Positions 8,233 through 16,941 of a DNA stretch of 36,057 nucleotides are shown here, piece by piece; the first letter of the stretch is position 1, and each line of letters begins with the position of its first letter. The notes under the pieces are model-generated. The model was given only the letters and a program-made list of their open reading frames with translations, ran no database searches and was not told the origin of the DNA. Origin of the DNA: a virus (Duplodnaviria; Caudoviricetes); the IMG/VR virus record IMGVR_UViG_3300032212_000687, positions 1 to 36,057 of that record; one strand, written 5' to 3'. The position numbers were made by a program, and so were the translations under genes.

Positions 8233-10241
8233 CCTATTTGTATCCTTAAACCATCTCCGATTTCTTCATTAAGTATTTCCGCTAACCTTCTGACTGCATT
8301 AGTTTCAGTAAATATTGAATCTCCCATATTAATGTTGATTGTTTTTTGGTTTACAAGCTCGCTTGTGCTGTCATCGTGATATTCTGAGCCGATTCCGATA
8401 TCAGAAGGTATTTGTCCACCAGTTGTTGAATACCCACCGGTAATTGATGGGGTAGAAGTAGATCCTCCTCCTCCAAAAGATGCACTTGCTATCGAAGATA
8501 TTTGTGCTGCTCCGGCTGCTGCTTGAAGTCCTGCCATTGCAACAGACAGTGGAAAAGGATAGTTCTCCATAGTTTTCATGATTGATGCTGGTAACTGGAT
8601 AGCTGCATTAGCAAGAGCTGCTGCTTTGTTGATCTTAAACATTGTCTTATTACTGTTTGCCATGCCAGATGTGACTTGCTGAAGATCTCCTAAGACTTGT
8701 TTAGTTTGTTCAAACCCAGTTTTATCAGAAAACTTTTGGCGTTCAGTGAGTCCTTTTTTATTAAGATCCGTTATCTTGTTTTGGTAATCCTGCTCCAGGG
8801 CTAACAATAAAGCTTTATGATCCTGTTCTGTTATCAGCTTATTTTGAAACGCCTCGTCTGCCAGCGCAATGTCATTCTCAGCTTTAATGGCCAAGGTTTC
8901 ATCTTCTGTCATTAGTGACTCTTGAAGAGCCTCCGCTTTTCTTGCAAGGGTCTCAATATATCTATCAACTTCTAATTGTGCTTTTTCATCTGCTTTACTT
9001 GTGTCTTCTTCATCATTTGCATTTGTGTACTCACCATCAATGCCACTAGATCCACCTTCTCCACCTTGATTTTCTGAAAGGTTTGTGTTGAATGCGTTAA
9101 TGAACTCGCTTGCTTTTTCTCTTCCATTGGTTAATGAATTAGTAAGGCTTTCAATTTTTGCCTCACTATCAGCTATGAAAGTATCAAATGCTTCTGCCCC
9201 GTTTGCATCAAACAACTCTATCTTGTTTGTGCCTGTAACATCTGCCATCATGTTATAGACTTCAATAAAGCTGTTTATTCTGTCTATCATAAAGTCAATA
9301 ACTTCTCTTATAGACTGAGACATGTGCAAGAAACCCAACTCAATATTAGCAGTAACAAGTTGAACACCGGTCCATGAGTCAGCCACAAACCCTGCCCCAT
9401 TTGCTAGTGATGTAACAACATTAGCTGATACACTTCCAAAGTTATTCATCTTTTCTTCTGCTGAAGCTCCGAACATCTGGTCATACATTTCAAGGGCTGC
9501 CGAACTTGCCGCTTCCATTGCAGGCAACATTGAGTAAGACACAACTCTTCCTGCTCCTTCAAAACGTGCAGACAATTGATCTATACTGTCATGATAAGAT
9601 GCCGCCATCATTGCAACACTATTAGGAATCACTATTCCTATTCTTTCAGCTTCTTCACCTAGCCTTTGTATCTCTTCGGTTCCCATATTTGCAATGCCAA
9701 GGACACCAACCGCACTCTTTGAGAATAAATCTTGAGCGATTGCTGTCTTTTGGAACCCGTCAGGCATTTCAGCTAATCTAGCGACTAGGATTTCAAAGGT
9801 TTTTTCTGTGCTTGTAAAGTTTTCTCTTGCGAACTCTGCACTGATTCCAAGTTCCCCAAGTGCCTTTGCTGCGGCTCCTCCTCCGTTTCTTACGAAGTTA
9901 TTTGTCCTTCTGATCATTGCACCCATAGCAGAGTTTAACTCTGTGTTGCTTACTCCTGCCATGCTTGCTGCATATTGGTATTTGGAAAGCTGCTCGGTTG
10001 ATATTGCCATTTTTTCAGCCATCTTACTTGTGGCATCTGCAACATCAATCGAATCGCTTACCATTTCATTAAACTTTGCAACAGTAGCAAAAGAGACATA
10101 AGCAGCACCAAGAGAAAGGATGGCACCCTTCATCTTATCGACTGACTTTTTCATATTAGCTTGGGCTGAAGTCATGCCCTTGACTAACTGTGCTGTGTCG
10201 GCTTTAACATCAATAAGTACAGTGCCTATGGTTTTACTCAT
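8229..10241 (-). CDS. Tail tape measure protein
   Basis: 670 aa, Ala-rich and helical; IGTVLIDVKADT N-terminus; follows chaperones. Confidence 0.92.
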   Translation of the reverse strand: MSKTIGTVLIDVKADTAQLVKGMTSAQANMKKSVDKMKGAILSLGAAYVSFATVAKFNEMVSDSIDVADATSKMAEKMAISTEQLSKYQYAASMAGVSNTELNSAMGAMIRRTNNFVRNGGGAAAKALGELGISAEFARENFTSTEKTFEILVARLAEMPDGFQKTAIAQDLFSKSAVGVLGIANMGTEEIQRLGEEAERIGIVIPNSVAMMAASYHDSIDQLSARFEGAGRVVSYSMLPAMEAASSAALEMYDQMFGASAEEKMNNFGSVSANVVTSLANGAGFVADSWTGVQLVTANIELGFLHMSQSIREVIDFMIDRINSFIEVYNMMADVTGTNKIELFDANGAEAFDTFIADSEAKIESLTNSLTNGREKASEFINAFNTNLSENQGGEGGSSGIDGEYTNANDEEDTSKADEKAQLEVDRYIETLARKAEALQESLMTEDETLAIKAENDIALADEAFQNKLITEQDHKALLLALEQDYQNKITDLNKKGLTERQKFSDKTGFEQTKQVLGDLQQVTSGMANSNKTMFKINKAAALANAAIQLPASIMKTMENYPFPLSVAMAGLQAAAGAAQISSIASASFGGGGSTSTPSITGGYSTTGGQIPSDIGIGSEYHDDSTSELVNQKTININMGDSIFTETNAVRRLAEILNEEIGDGLRIQIG

Positions 10242-10528
10242 GTTTCTGCTCCAAAGATTGCGCTTACTTTGCTTTCAAGATTTTCTATTTTGGGCTCATC
10301 ATGTTGGCATATCATAAAGTCTTTAAGTTTCATGTTTTTACCCTTCACTGTTGCCATTGTCAGCCTTGCCATTTGTAGTTCATTTCTATCTGCCTCGAAA
10401 GGCTCTAGTTTGAAGTATTCAATCCACTCCAAAAGTTCAGAAGAGGACATACTGTTTTCAAGTTCATGTACGGTTCTCCCTAAAGACAGAGCTAGCCGGA
10501 AGAGGAAGCGTCTGTCTTGGACTTTTTT
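10238..10528 (-). CDS. Tail assembly chaperone gpT-like segment, reached by -1 frameshift
   Basis: The -1 frame from the slip site reads VQDRRFLFRLALSLGRTVHELENSMSSSELLEWIEY, continuous with ORF 10238..10450. Confidence 0.88.
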   Translation of the reverse strand, partial: KKVQDRRFLFRLALSLGRTVHELENSMSSSELLEWIEYFKLEPFEADRNELQMARLTMATVKGKNMKLKDFMICQHDEPKIENLESKVSAIFGAET

Positions 10529-10872
10529 ACAGTATCAAAGACCTCTAAAGCCTGATATACCTCATTAATAGCTGTTCTAGCATCTTCGCAGAGGGTTGAT
10601 AATTCATCCTCCGAGAACATTTGTTTTCCATTTTCATCAATCAAGGCGAAGGAAACAGCCATTGAACTTACTTTTGCAAACTTTTCAGGAGTGACCCTAA
10701 CTTTTCCGCTTTGAAGTTCTTCAAGTGTTGCACCTTCGTATAAGATTGCGTCCAAGCTCTCGCGCTCTTTGATTGTTAGTCTTTTGATGGTAACATCACC
10801 GCCCCACGCCTTTACGTGAATGCTTTTTGTTTCTACTTCTGTTTTACCTAAAATATCAGATTTGTTAAGCAT
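10492..10872 (-). CDS. Tail assembly chaperone gpG-like
   Basis: VKAWGGDVTIKRLT motif; between tail tube and tape measure genes. Confidence 0.88.
   Translation of the reverse strand: MLNKSDILGKTEVETKSIHVKAWGGDVTIKRLTIKERESLDAILYEGATLEELQSGKVRVTPEKFAKVSSMAVSFALIDENGKQMFSEDELSTLCEDARTAINEVYQALEVFDTVKKSKTDASSSG
10522..10528 (-). other. -1 ribosomal frameshift heptamer A-AAA-AAG
   Basis: Minus strand GTA AAA AAG, correctly phased near the end of gpG. Confidence 0.88.
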
Positions 10873-11324
10873 TACGCAGCCGCCGTTGTTGTAACTTTTC
10901 CGTTGATCTCTGCCGTGATCTCTGCGGTGATAATCCCATCTTGCTCAAACAATGGCTTGAAAGAAGATACATAATACAAGCCTTTGTATGTTGTTCCGTT
11001 ACCTGTTGCCGGTGTAATCTGGTTGTTTAACTCGACTTCGATCTGCACCATTTCATTTGTATCAATTGCAGTTTCTAGCTTGTTTTCACCAAGCGATGCT
11101 GTAGGATCATATGCAACTGTCAATACCACTGGCCCATATTCTAAGCGACCTGTTATAGAAGGCTGTGAATCTATATTTATTGCAGGGTATTTTTTGCTTG
11201 CCCTTGTCTTTTCCATTCCGTCAATATTTGTCAAAACACCAACTGAAGTTGGTGTTCCTGCCGGCGTTCCTCCTGGAGCACTGTCTATTGTCACCGTAAT
11301 TCCTTGAACTGCTACTTCTGCCAT
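10872..11324 (-). CDS. Major tail tube protein
   Basis: 150 aa, beta-rich; position after tail terminator. Confidence 0.8.
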   Translation of the reverse strand: MAEVAVQGITVTIDSAPGGTPAGTPTSVGVLTNIDGMEKTRASKKYPAINIDSQPSITGRLEYGPVVLTVAYDPTASLGENKLETAIDTNEMVQIEVELNNQITPATGNGTTYKGLYYVSSFKPLFEQDGIITAEITAEINGKVTTTAAA

Positions 11325-11327
11325 AAT

Positions 11328-11690
11328 CTATCCTTTTAAATTAAACTCAATTAGCTGCCTAAACAGCTCTGTTTCTGATTCATACGCTGAACGTGAGTTG
11401 AGACCATGCGCCATATGAATAAAGCTATGCATGGAACTTTGAACCATTCCTTTTAGTGCTAAAGCTTCGTCAAAATCTTTGCTGTAGCAGTCAACCTGTA
11501 CCAGGACATCAAATCCGTATGGCTCTCGAGAGTTGATGGCCTGTAGTTCTTTATTATTTACAATAGTGCAAACAACTACAGGCATCACACTGTCTTGAGG
11601 CATAAGAAGAGGGTATATCCTCTCAGCTACCAAAGATACGATACCCGTATCATTTGACAAATGAGAAAATAGATCAACTTCGATACTCAT
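11328..11690 (-). CDS. Tail terminator (DUF3168-like)
   Basis: LVAERIYP and VQVDCY motifs. Confidence 0.85.
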   Translation of the reverse strand: MSIEVDLFSHLSNDTGIVSLVAERIYPLLMPQDSVMPVVVCTIVNNKELQAINSREPYGFDVLVQVDCYSKDFDEALALKGMVQSSMHSFIHMAHGLNSRSAYESETELFRQLIEFNLKG

Positions 11691-12094
11691 TGTTTTGCCT
11701 TTTGGATCTCTTTTTCTATTCGTTTGGCCATGTATGATCTAACGGCGACTATGGACTCTTTCCCCTTGTTTTCATAGGCAGGTCTAAGAAATGGATTCGC
11801 TGCCATCTTGGAAGTTCCAAATTCAAAAAAATGTGCCAAATATCCATGTTTATTTTTCAACTTTGGTACGACACTGAATATGATTAAGTTCTTGTTTTTA
11901 CTTCTGCGCTTAACCACAGTTATCGACTTCTTAAGAGATCCGGTATCTTTAGATACATTCAGTTGTGCTTCTTTCTTAATTAAGGTCCCGCCTGCACGAA
12001 TAGCACCTGTGACAACATTTTTTTGTACATTCACAGGGAACTTCTCAAGAGACTTGATCAGCTCCTCCAGCCCTTTCACAGATGAATCAGCCAT
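11687..12094 (-). CDS. HK97 gp10-like tail completion protein
   Basis: DTGSLKKSI and EFGTSKMAANPFLRPA motifs. Confidence 0.9.
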   Translation of the reverse strand: MADSSVKGLEELIKSLEKFPVNVQKNVVTGAIRAGGTLIKKEAQLNVSKDTGSLKKSITVVKRRSKNKNLIIFSVVPKLKNKHGYLAHFFEFGTSKMAANPFLRPAYENKGKESIVAVRSYMAKRIEKEIQKAKQ

Positions 12095-12420
12095 CAAAAC
12101 ACCTCCGTAGCCATGATGTGAAGCTCTCTGTTACGTTCAAACGGATTAATAATAGAATCGATATTAAAGACTCTGAGCCCATAGACAATCTTCATCTGTG
12201 AATTCAGATCACTTCGATATCTCAGACGTATCTTATGGCTCACCTCAGTCTTTAGACCCTTAGACACATATCTCTCTTCCATTTTTAGAGGAATAATCTG
12301 CACCATCTCATAAGGATTAAGAGAAAGATCTGCCCAAATTTTTCCAACTGCACCCGTGGCACTTTTCATACCGATGTTTTCTTGGAAAGTGACCTTATGT
12401 ATTAAGTTTCCGCTTCGCAT
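12094..12420 (-). CDS. Head closure protein (SPP1 gp16-like)
   Basis: MRSGNLIHKVTFQ, HKIRLRYR and FNIDSI motifs. Confidence 0.88.
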   Translation of the reverse strand: MRSGNLIHKVTFQENIGMKSATGAVGKIWADLSLNPYEMVQIIPLKMEERYVSKGLKTEVSHKIRLRYRSDLNSQMKIVYGLRVFNIDSIINPFERNRELHIMATEVF

Positions 12421-12977
12421 TAGAACTCTTTAACCCGATATTGATTAAGCATATTGTCAATCAATGACTTAGGCATTTCTGCTACACTAACACCTACAAC
12501 AAGTTCTTCCCTATTTTCATAAAGAGTTGCCACTTTAATTTTCATCCACTGAACGATACTTTCAGGGACATTCGTATACCCACCTATAAAAGTTATCTTC
12601 ACTGACTTTTTATGATCTGCAACCGTAACGCTTGGTAATGTCTTAAACAAGATAGTTGCAACTCCATTTGCTTCATATAGATAATAGGTAGAACTGTCAA
12701 TTGTTTGATAAACTTCATTTTCATCAAGGTACTCAATTGAAACTATCGAAGACACTGGGTTTTTAGGAAGCTTTAACCCATCCATAAACCCAGTGCAATA
12801 AAGCTCAAAAGTAGCCGTCTTAAGTTGTCTATTTGTGATGTTTTCTGCAAACTCACGCGAAGCAACAATAAGAGAAGTAATTAGCGAATCGTCATCGGGA
12901 TTTAAGACACGAAGAAACTCTTTTGCGTCTGCTAATGATAAAGGCTCTATTACCGGGGCTACTGTTTGAACTAACAT
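12420..12977 (-). CDS. Head-tail connector (gp6/gp15-like)
   Basis: EPLSLADAKEFLRV and LYENRE motifs. Confidence 0.9.
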   Translation of the reverse strand: MLVQTVAPVIEPLSLADAKEFLRVLNPDDDSLITSLIVASREFAENITNRQLKTATFELYCTGFMDGLKLPKNPVSSIVSIEYLDENEVYQTIDSSTYYLYEANGVATILFKTLPSVTVADHKKSVKITFIGGYTNVPESIVQWMKIKVATLYENREELVVGVSVAEMPKSLIDNMLNQYRVKEF

Positions 12978-13264
12978 TATTTCAATAGGTCCTCAATCTC
13001 TTTAACACGTTCTTCTAGCTTTGCTTTTTCAGCTTCCAACTCTTCACGATACAGAGCGACTTCAACCTCTTTTTGTTTTTCAAGTTCGGCTTCTTCGGCT
13101 GCGATAGCTTTCTTCACAGCCACATCATGCTCTTTCTTGTTTGCAGGCATTGCGATACCTGCATCAATAAGACGCAACGCTTCCGCGTCAGGCACTTCAG
13201 CCTTGCTCCCTGATTCATGTACTCCATCGACTCCCGAAAGAGCCATTAGAAATTCAACTTTCAT
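12977..13264 (-). CDS. Small post-capsid protein with coiled coil
   Basis: EALRLIDAGIA motif common after HK97-type capsid genes. Confidence 0.6.
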   Translation of the reverse strand: MKVEFLMALSGVDGVHESGSKAEVPDAEALRLIDAGIAMPANKKEHDVAVKKAIAAEEAELEKQKEVEVALYREELEAEKAKLEERVKEIEDLLK

Positions 13265-13272
13265 GCGTCAGC

Positions 13273-14457
13273 CTATACTGCTGCATTTTTGATAGTTTTA
13301 ATCGCTTCAGCAATAGTAAGTTTTCCATCTCCACGAGAATCAACACGGAAACCAACTTGCCCTGTACCTGCGTAAAGCTCATCTAAACGTCTTACGTTCA
13401 TCATCCCCCGATCAGCAATTTGGTAATAAGAGAAATCTCCAAAAGCTCCGAAAGTGTTTCCTGCGCCTAAAGCAGATAAATCAGTAAGTGTTTCTACTGG
13501 ACGACCAAGAATAGTGTCTGGGGTAGCACCTAAGCCATCATTCCAAATATATTGTCCATCCGAACCTTTCAGCTTGCGAATCGACTTAACTGCTACATCA
13601 CTGAATGCATACGTCCCGTTAGCGCGGTATGGTTTACGAGCTGAATAGTACAGGTCGATGATATCATCTGCTGTAACTGCTGAAACTGCTGCGGTGGTAA
13701 CACCAAGCTCTGCATCTACTGTGAAGCCAGTCGGCTTAGTTGTTCCTGCGCCCGTTACAAAGCTTGTTTCTTCTAGTTCAGCCATACCTGAAACCATAAG
13801 ACTTCTAACATAGGGTTCTACGTCAATAAAAGAATCCATTAACAGTTCTTCAGAAGCTTTTATGATCCCGCCTGATTTGAATGCATCCAAGACAATTTGA
13901 CCGAACTTTGCATCAGTCTGAGGATATGCACCGTTTTCTGCGATATACCCAAAAGTAGGCTTAGTCCCTGCTAACGGTATCTTAGTAGTAGAACTTGTGC
14001 GAATCACAGTACCTAGTCTACGCATTGAAACTGTATCATTAAGAGCAGATATTACACTTGTTTGGAAGTCTTCAGGCACTAAGTAACCACCATCCGCAGC
14101 AACACCAACTTGAAGCACACGTTTTTGCTCAGGTTCTAGGCTCTGAGTACCACGAGTCATTGCTGTAAAGAAAGCGTTACGATAAGCCATTTTTTCATCT
14201 ACTGACTTGTCAGGTACGCCAATTTCACGAATTGCTTCTGTGGAAGGCTGTGCAAGTACTGCTTCAAGGTTAGACGCACGTTGCTCACGTTCGATTGTTG
14301 CTTTTACTGCATCAAAATCACGCTCCATGTTGTCATACTTAGCAACTTCATCACCTGATAACTCACGTTTTTCTTCAGAGGCTTTATCAAGCACACCTCT
14401 CATTTGTTTCTGTAGCCCACCTAGTTGTTCTTGCAGTTCAGTAATACGTTTAGACAT
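13273..14457 (-). CDS. Major capsid protein, HK97 fold
   Basis: N-terminal coiled-coil delta domain; GGYLVPE, ILGRPV and FGDFSYY motifs. Confidence 0.97.
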   Translation of the reverse strand: MSKRITELQEQLGGLQKQMRGVLDKASEEKRELSGDEVAKYDNMERDFDAVKATIEREQRASNLEAVLAQPSTEAIREIGVPDKSVDEKMAYRNAFFTAMTRGTQSLEPEQKRVLQVGVAADGGYLVPEDFQTSVISALNDTVSMRRLGTVIRTSSTTKIPLAGTKPTFGYIAENGAYPQTDAKFGQIVLDAFKSGGIIKASEELLMDSFIDVEPYVRSLMVSGMAELEETSFVTGAGTTKPTGFTVDAELGVTTAAVSAVTADDIIDLYYSARKPYRANGTYAFSDVAVKSIRKLKGSDGQYIWNDGLGATPDTILGRPVETLTDLSALGAGNTFGAFGDFSYYQIADRGMMNVRRLDELYAGTGQVGFRVDSRGDGKLTIAEAIKTIKNAAV

Positions 14458-15055
14458 TTGTTTTCTCCTGTAAAGTTAATTTACGTTCTAAGACGCTTAG
14501 AGGTACGGCATCAAACTTTGGTTGTTCAATCTCTTCTACGTCTTCATGTTGACGGCCTATAACCGCACCTGAATCGAAGCCTTTCCACACTGCTGACAAC
14601 TCAACAACTCTCATCGCTGTAACTAGCACATGGTTAGGCTCACCCTTTCTTTCCGTTTCGACTATCTCATCAATGTTGTAACCAACGGATACATCAGTGA
14701 GAAGCCCATCTCTGTACTTCGTAAAAACATCGTAAGATTGTTGGTCTGATCCGAAATACACATCAGCTTTTAGCGCGCCATCTTCCACACGAACATTATC
14801 AACTCGTCCAATTGCATTATCTACTGACGGTGTGTGGTCTTTGAATAGTGTACGAAGCCCTGAATAGTCAACACCGTTCACATCTATTTCTTCCACAAAG
14901 ATTTTGTCTTCCCACCAGTCGTAACGCTCACCCGAATTCTCATTTGAAATTAGGATGAAGGGAATCATCTTTTCATCTTCATTAATCAAAGACCTTTGCG
15001 GTTGTGCGCGCTGTTCAATCTTTCTGTTGTGTAGCTCATTAAGCAGTTTGTTCAT
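14450..15055 (-). CDS. Prohead maturation protease, HK97 family
   Basis: LFKDH, DVSVGY and ELSAV motifs; between portal and capsid. Confidence 0.9.
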   Translation of the reverse strand: MNKLLNELHNRKIEQRAQPQRSLINEDEKMIPFILISNENSGERYDWWEDKIFVEEIDVNGVDYSGLRTLFKDHTPSVDNAIGRVDNVRVEDGALKADVYFGSDQQSYDVFTKYRDGLLTDVSVGYNIDEIVETERKGEPNHVLVTAMRVVELSAVWKGFDSGAVIGRQHEDVEEIEQPKFDAVPLSVLERKLTLQEKTNV

Positions 15056-16238
15056 CTATTATCTCCTTTCCAGCTTCAACCATATTCATTGGCTGCAAAT
15101 AAATATCACCATTTTCAATAGGGTTTAAATCTTCTTTTTCTCGAATATCATTAGCACTCATTACGCCCATATTTCTGGCTAAGTTGTACGACTCATAACG
15201 ACTCTTGGTATCTCCCCTTAATAAGCCCTCCATATTAAATTTTGGGTAGTAAGTCACTCTATCAGTAGCACTAAGAAGCTGTGATGATATTGCTTGCTCA
15301 ATACGCACTAAATAAGGTCTTAATGAATGTATTGCGAACTCTATAGACTGATGCTCTATATTTGAGAATGTCGCTTTTTCAAGATCAGCGATCATGTGAG
15401 GTGGTACTCTAAAAATCCCGCATATTTCAGAGCGTTGGAATTTGCGAGTGTCTAAAAACTGACTGTCTTCATTCGATAAAGAGATCTGCTTCCACTTTGC
15501 ACCACCTTCAAGCAATGCTGTCTTATTGGAATTGGCAATGCCTCCGTGACGGTCATTCCAACTTTTACTTAATCTTTGATATGCGTCTTCTGATAGCGTC
15601 TCCGGTATTTCTAAAATACCGCTTGGCTTTGCATTGTTATCAAAGTATTTAGCACCATATTGTTCAGTTGCCTTGCTAAGCCCTAACGACTCTCTTTGAT
15701 AAGAAATAGGGCTTACACCCGTAAAACCGTCCAGGGAAAGCCCTAATACATCAAAAATTTCATGTTTATCAAAGATTCTCTTTATAGTTCCGTTCTGATA
15801 GAAGTATTTAATATCACCGTTTTCGATACGTGATTTTGTAACGCTTGCAGGGTTTAGTGGGATAAGTTCGATAATACGACCTGCCCTGTCTCTTACGATC
15901 TGTGAGTAATGGTTTCCTCTTAGACATAAGTGAGCGATTATAGTTTCGTAATAGTTGAAAGCTACTGTTTCATTGTTTGGTTGAAGATATAAAATATTAT
16001 ATAGTGGGTGATTTTTTGCTTTATTCTTTTTGCCGTCTTTTTCTTCAATAAGGTGAAGAGGCAACCCTCCGACTGATTCCCCAAGCACTCTAATACAGCT
16101 AAATACTGTACTAATCTGCATGGCATTTCCGGACGTGATAGAAACTCCGCTTGAAGTAGGACGTGCAAATAGGTCATTCGTTGCTTGTGTTGAAGCTTGT
16201 TGAATCGTAGCACGTTTGGAGAAAGGCCAAAAATTCAC
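15039..16238 (-). CDS. Portal protein, HK97 family
   Basis: VFSCIRVL, GVSPI, IFRVPPHMI and FSNIEHQ motifs; GTG start. Confidence 0.97.
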   Translation of the reverse strand: MNFWPFSKRATIQQASTQATNDLFARPTSSGVSITSGNAMQISTVFSCIRVLGESVGGLPLHLIEEKDGKKNKAKNHPLYNILYLQPNNETVAFNYYETIIAHLCLRGNHYSQIVRDRAGRIIELIPLNPASVTKSRIENGDIKYFYQNGTIKRIFDKHEIFDVLGLSLDGFTGVSPISYQRESLGLSKATEQYGAKYFDNNAKPSGILEIPETLSEDAYQRLSKSWNDRHGGIANSNKTALLEGGAKWKQISLSNEDSQFLDTRKFQRSEICGIFRVPPHMIADLEKATFSNIEHQSIEFAIHSLRPYLVRIEQAISSQLLSATDRVTYYPKFNMEGLLRGDTKSRYESYNLARNMGVMSANDIREKEDLNPIENGDIYLQPMNMVEAGKEIIDEQTA

Positions 16239-16362
16239 GGCACACCTTTTTATTGTATGCCGTATTTTTACAAAAGTTATTGCGTGATAATACGCTGTTT
16301 AGATATATTAATTATTTGTGAAAAAGAATTGATAAATTTATTGAAAATGAAGGGGTAATTAC

Positions 16363-16391
16363 TTGACAAATAGACGATTATCGTCTATAAT
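16363..16391 (+). promoter_or_regulatory. Consensus sigma70 promoter with embedded palindromic operator
   Basis: TTGACA(16363)-17 bp-TATAAT(16386); ATAGACGAT-T-ATCGTCTAT at 16370-16388. Confidence 0.85.
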
Positions 16392-16441
16392 TATACTGTT
16401 CCCACCAAGTAGGTGGGACAAATTCAACATAAGGCTAACCT

Positions 16442-16516
16442 ATGAAAAGGTTTAGACTGAAGTTGACTCTTAGACTGTGGCGGTTTAGAGTCAACCTAAA
16501 GGTTGAGAGGGTTTAA
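16442..16516 (+). CDS. 24-aa cationic amphipathic peptide, candidate type I toxin
   Basis: MKRFRLKLTLRLWRFRVNLKVERV; AAGG RBS; downstream of consensus promoter; absent from ORF track. Confidence 0.65.
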   Translation: MKRFRLKLTLRLWRFRVNLKVERV

Positions 16517-16540
16517 CCCTCTTGCCTTCCTTATGTTTAG

Positions 16541-16549
16541 ATTATAACA
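16541..16549 (-). promoter_or_regulatory. Extended -10 promoter for an antisense RNA over the peptide gene
   Basis: Minus strand TGTTATAAT (TGn-TATAAT), 25 nt past the peptide stop. Confidence 0.6.
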
Positions 16550-16594
16550 AAAAAAACATGAATAATCACTGTTTTTTATTTTACAAGGAATCTC

Positions 16595-16768
16595 ATGACT
16601 CAAGCTCAAATAGAAGAACTCTTTGGGGTATCATCATCAACTTTCAAAGATTGGAAAAATAAACCAGATCATACCAAAAGAAATTTGGCATTATTTCTAA
16701 AAAGTTTAAATTACCAAGAAGCCAAGAGCTCCGTTAATAAAATACTAAAAGACTTAGATAAGAAATGA
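16595..16768 (+). CDS. 57-aa HTH-type DNA-binding protein
   Basis: MTQAQIEELFGVSSSTFKDWK HTH pattern; AAGGA RBS; absent from ORF track. Confidence 0.7.
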   Translation: MTQAQIEELFGVSSSTFKDWKNKPDHTKRNLALFLKSLNYQEAKSSVNKILKDLDKK

Positions 16769-16941
16769 ATCCCTACCGCATCTCTATCTGCTTCTTCACA
16801 TGACCTTGAAGTTCTTTGTATGAAGAAGATCTCAAAAAAAGGTAGATGCCATTAAGCTGTAAAAGGGGATAAAGTAACATTAAACCTAACTTAATACTAT
16901 TTTAAATACAATCTATTAAATTTTGTTTAAAAGGTTGAGTT

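Noticed and set aside
182-14473. Plus-strand ORFs overlapping lysis, tail and head genes (e.g. 182..493, 518..850, 9808..10101, 11808..12110)
   Set aside because: Antisense shadows of well-supported genes, with no motifs
16402-16408. CCACCAA in the peptide 5' UTR is complementary to the TTGGTGG of the early-leader hairpins
   Set aside because: A 7-nt match also occurs inside coding genes (about 3020 and 6350), so it is consistent with chance
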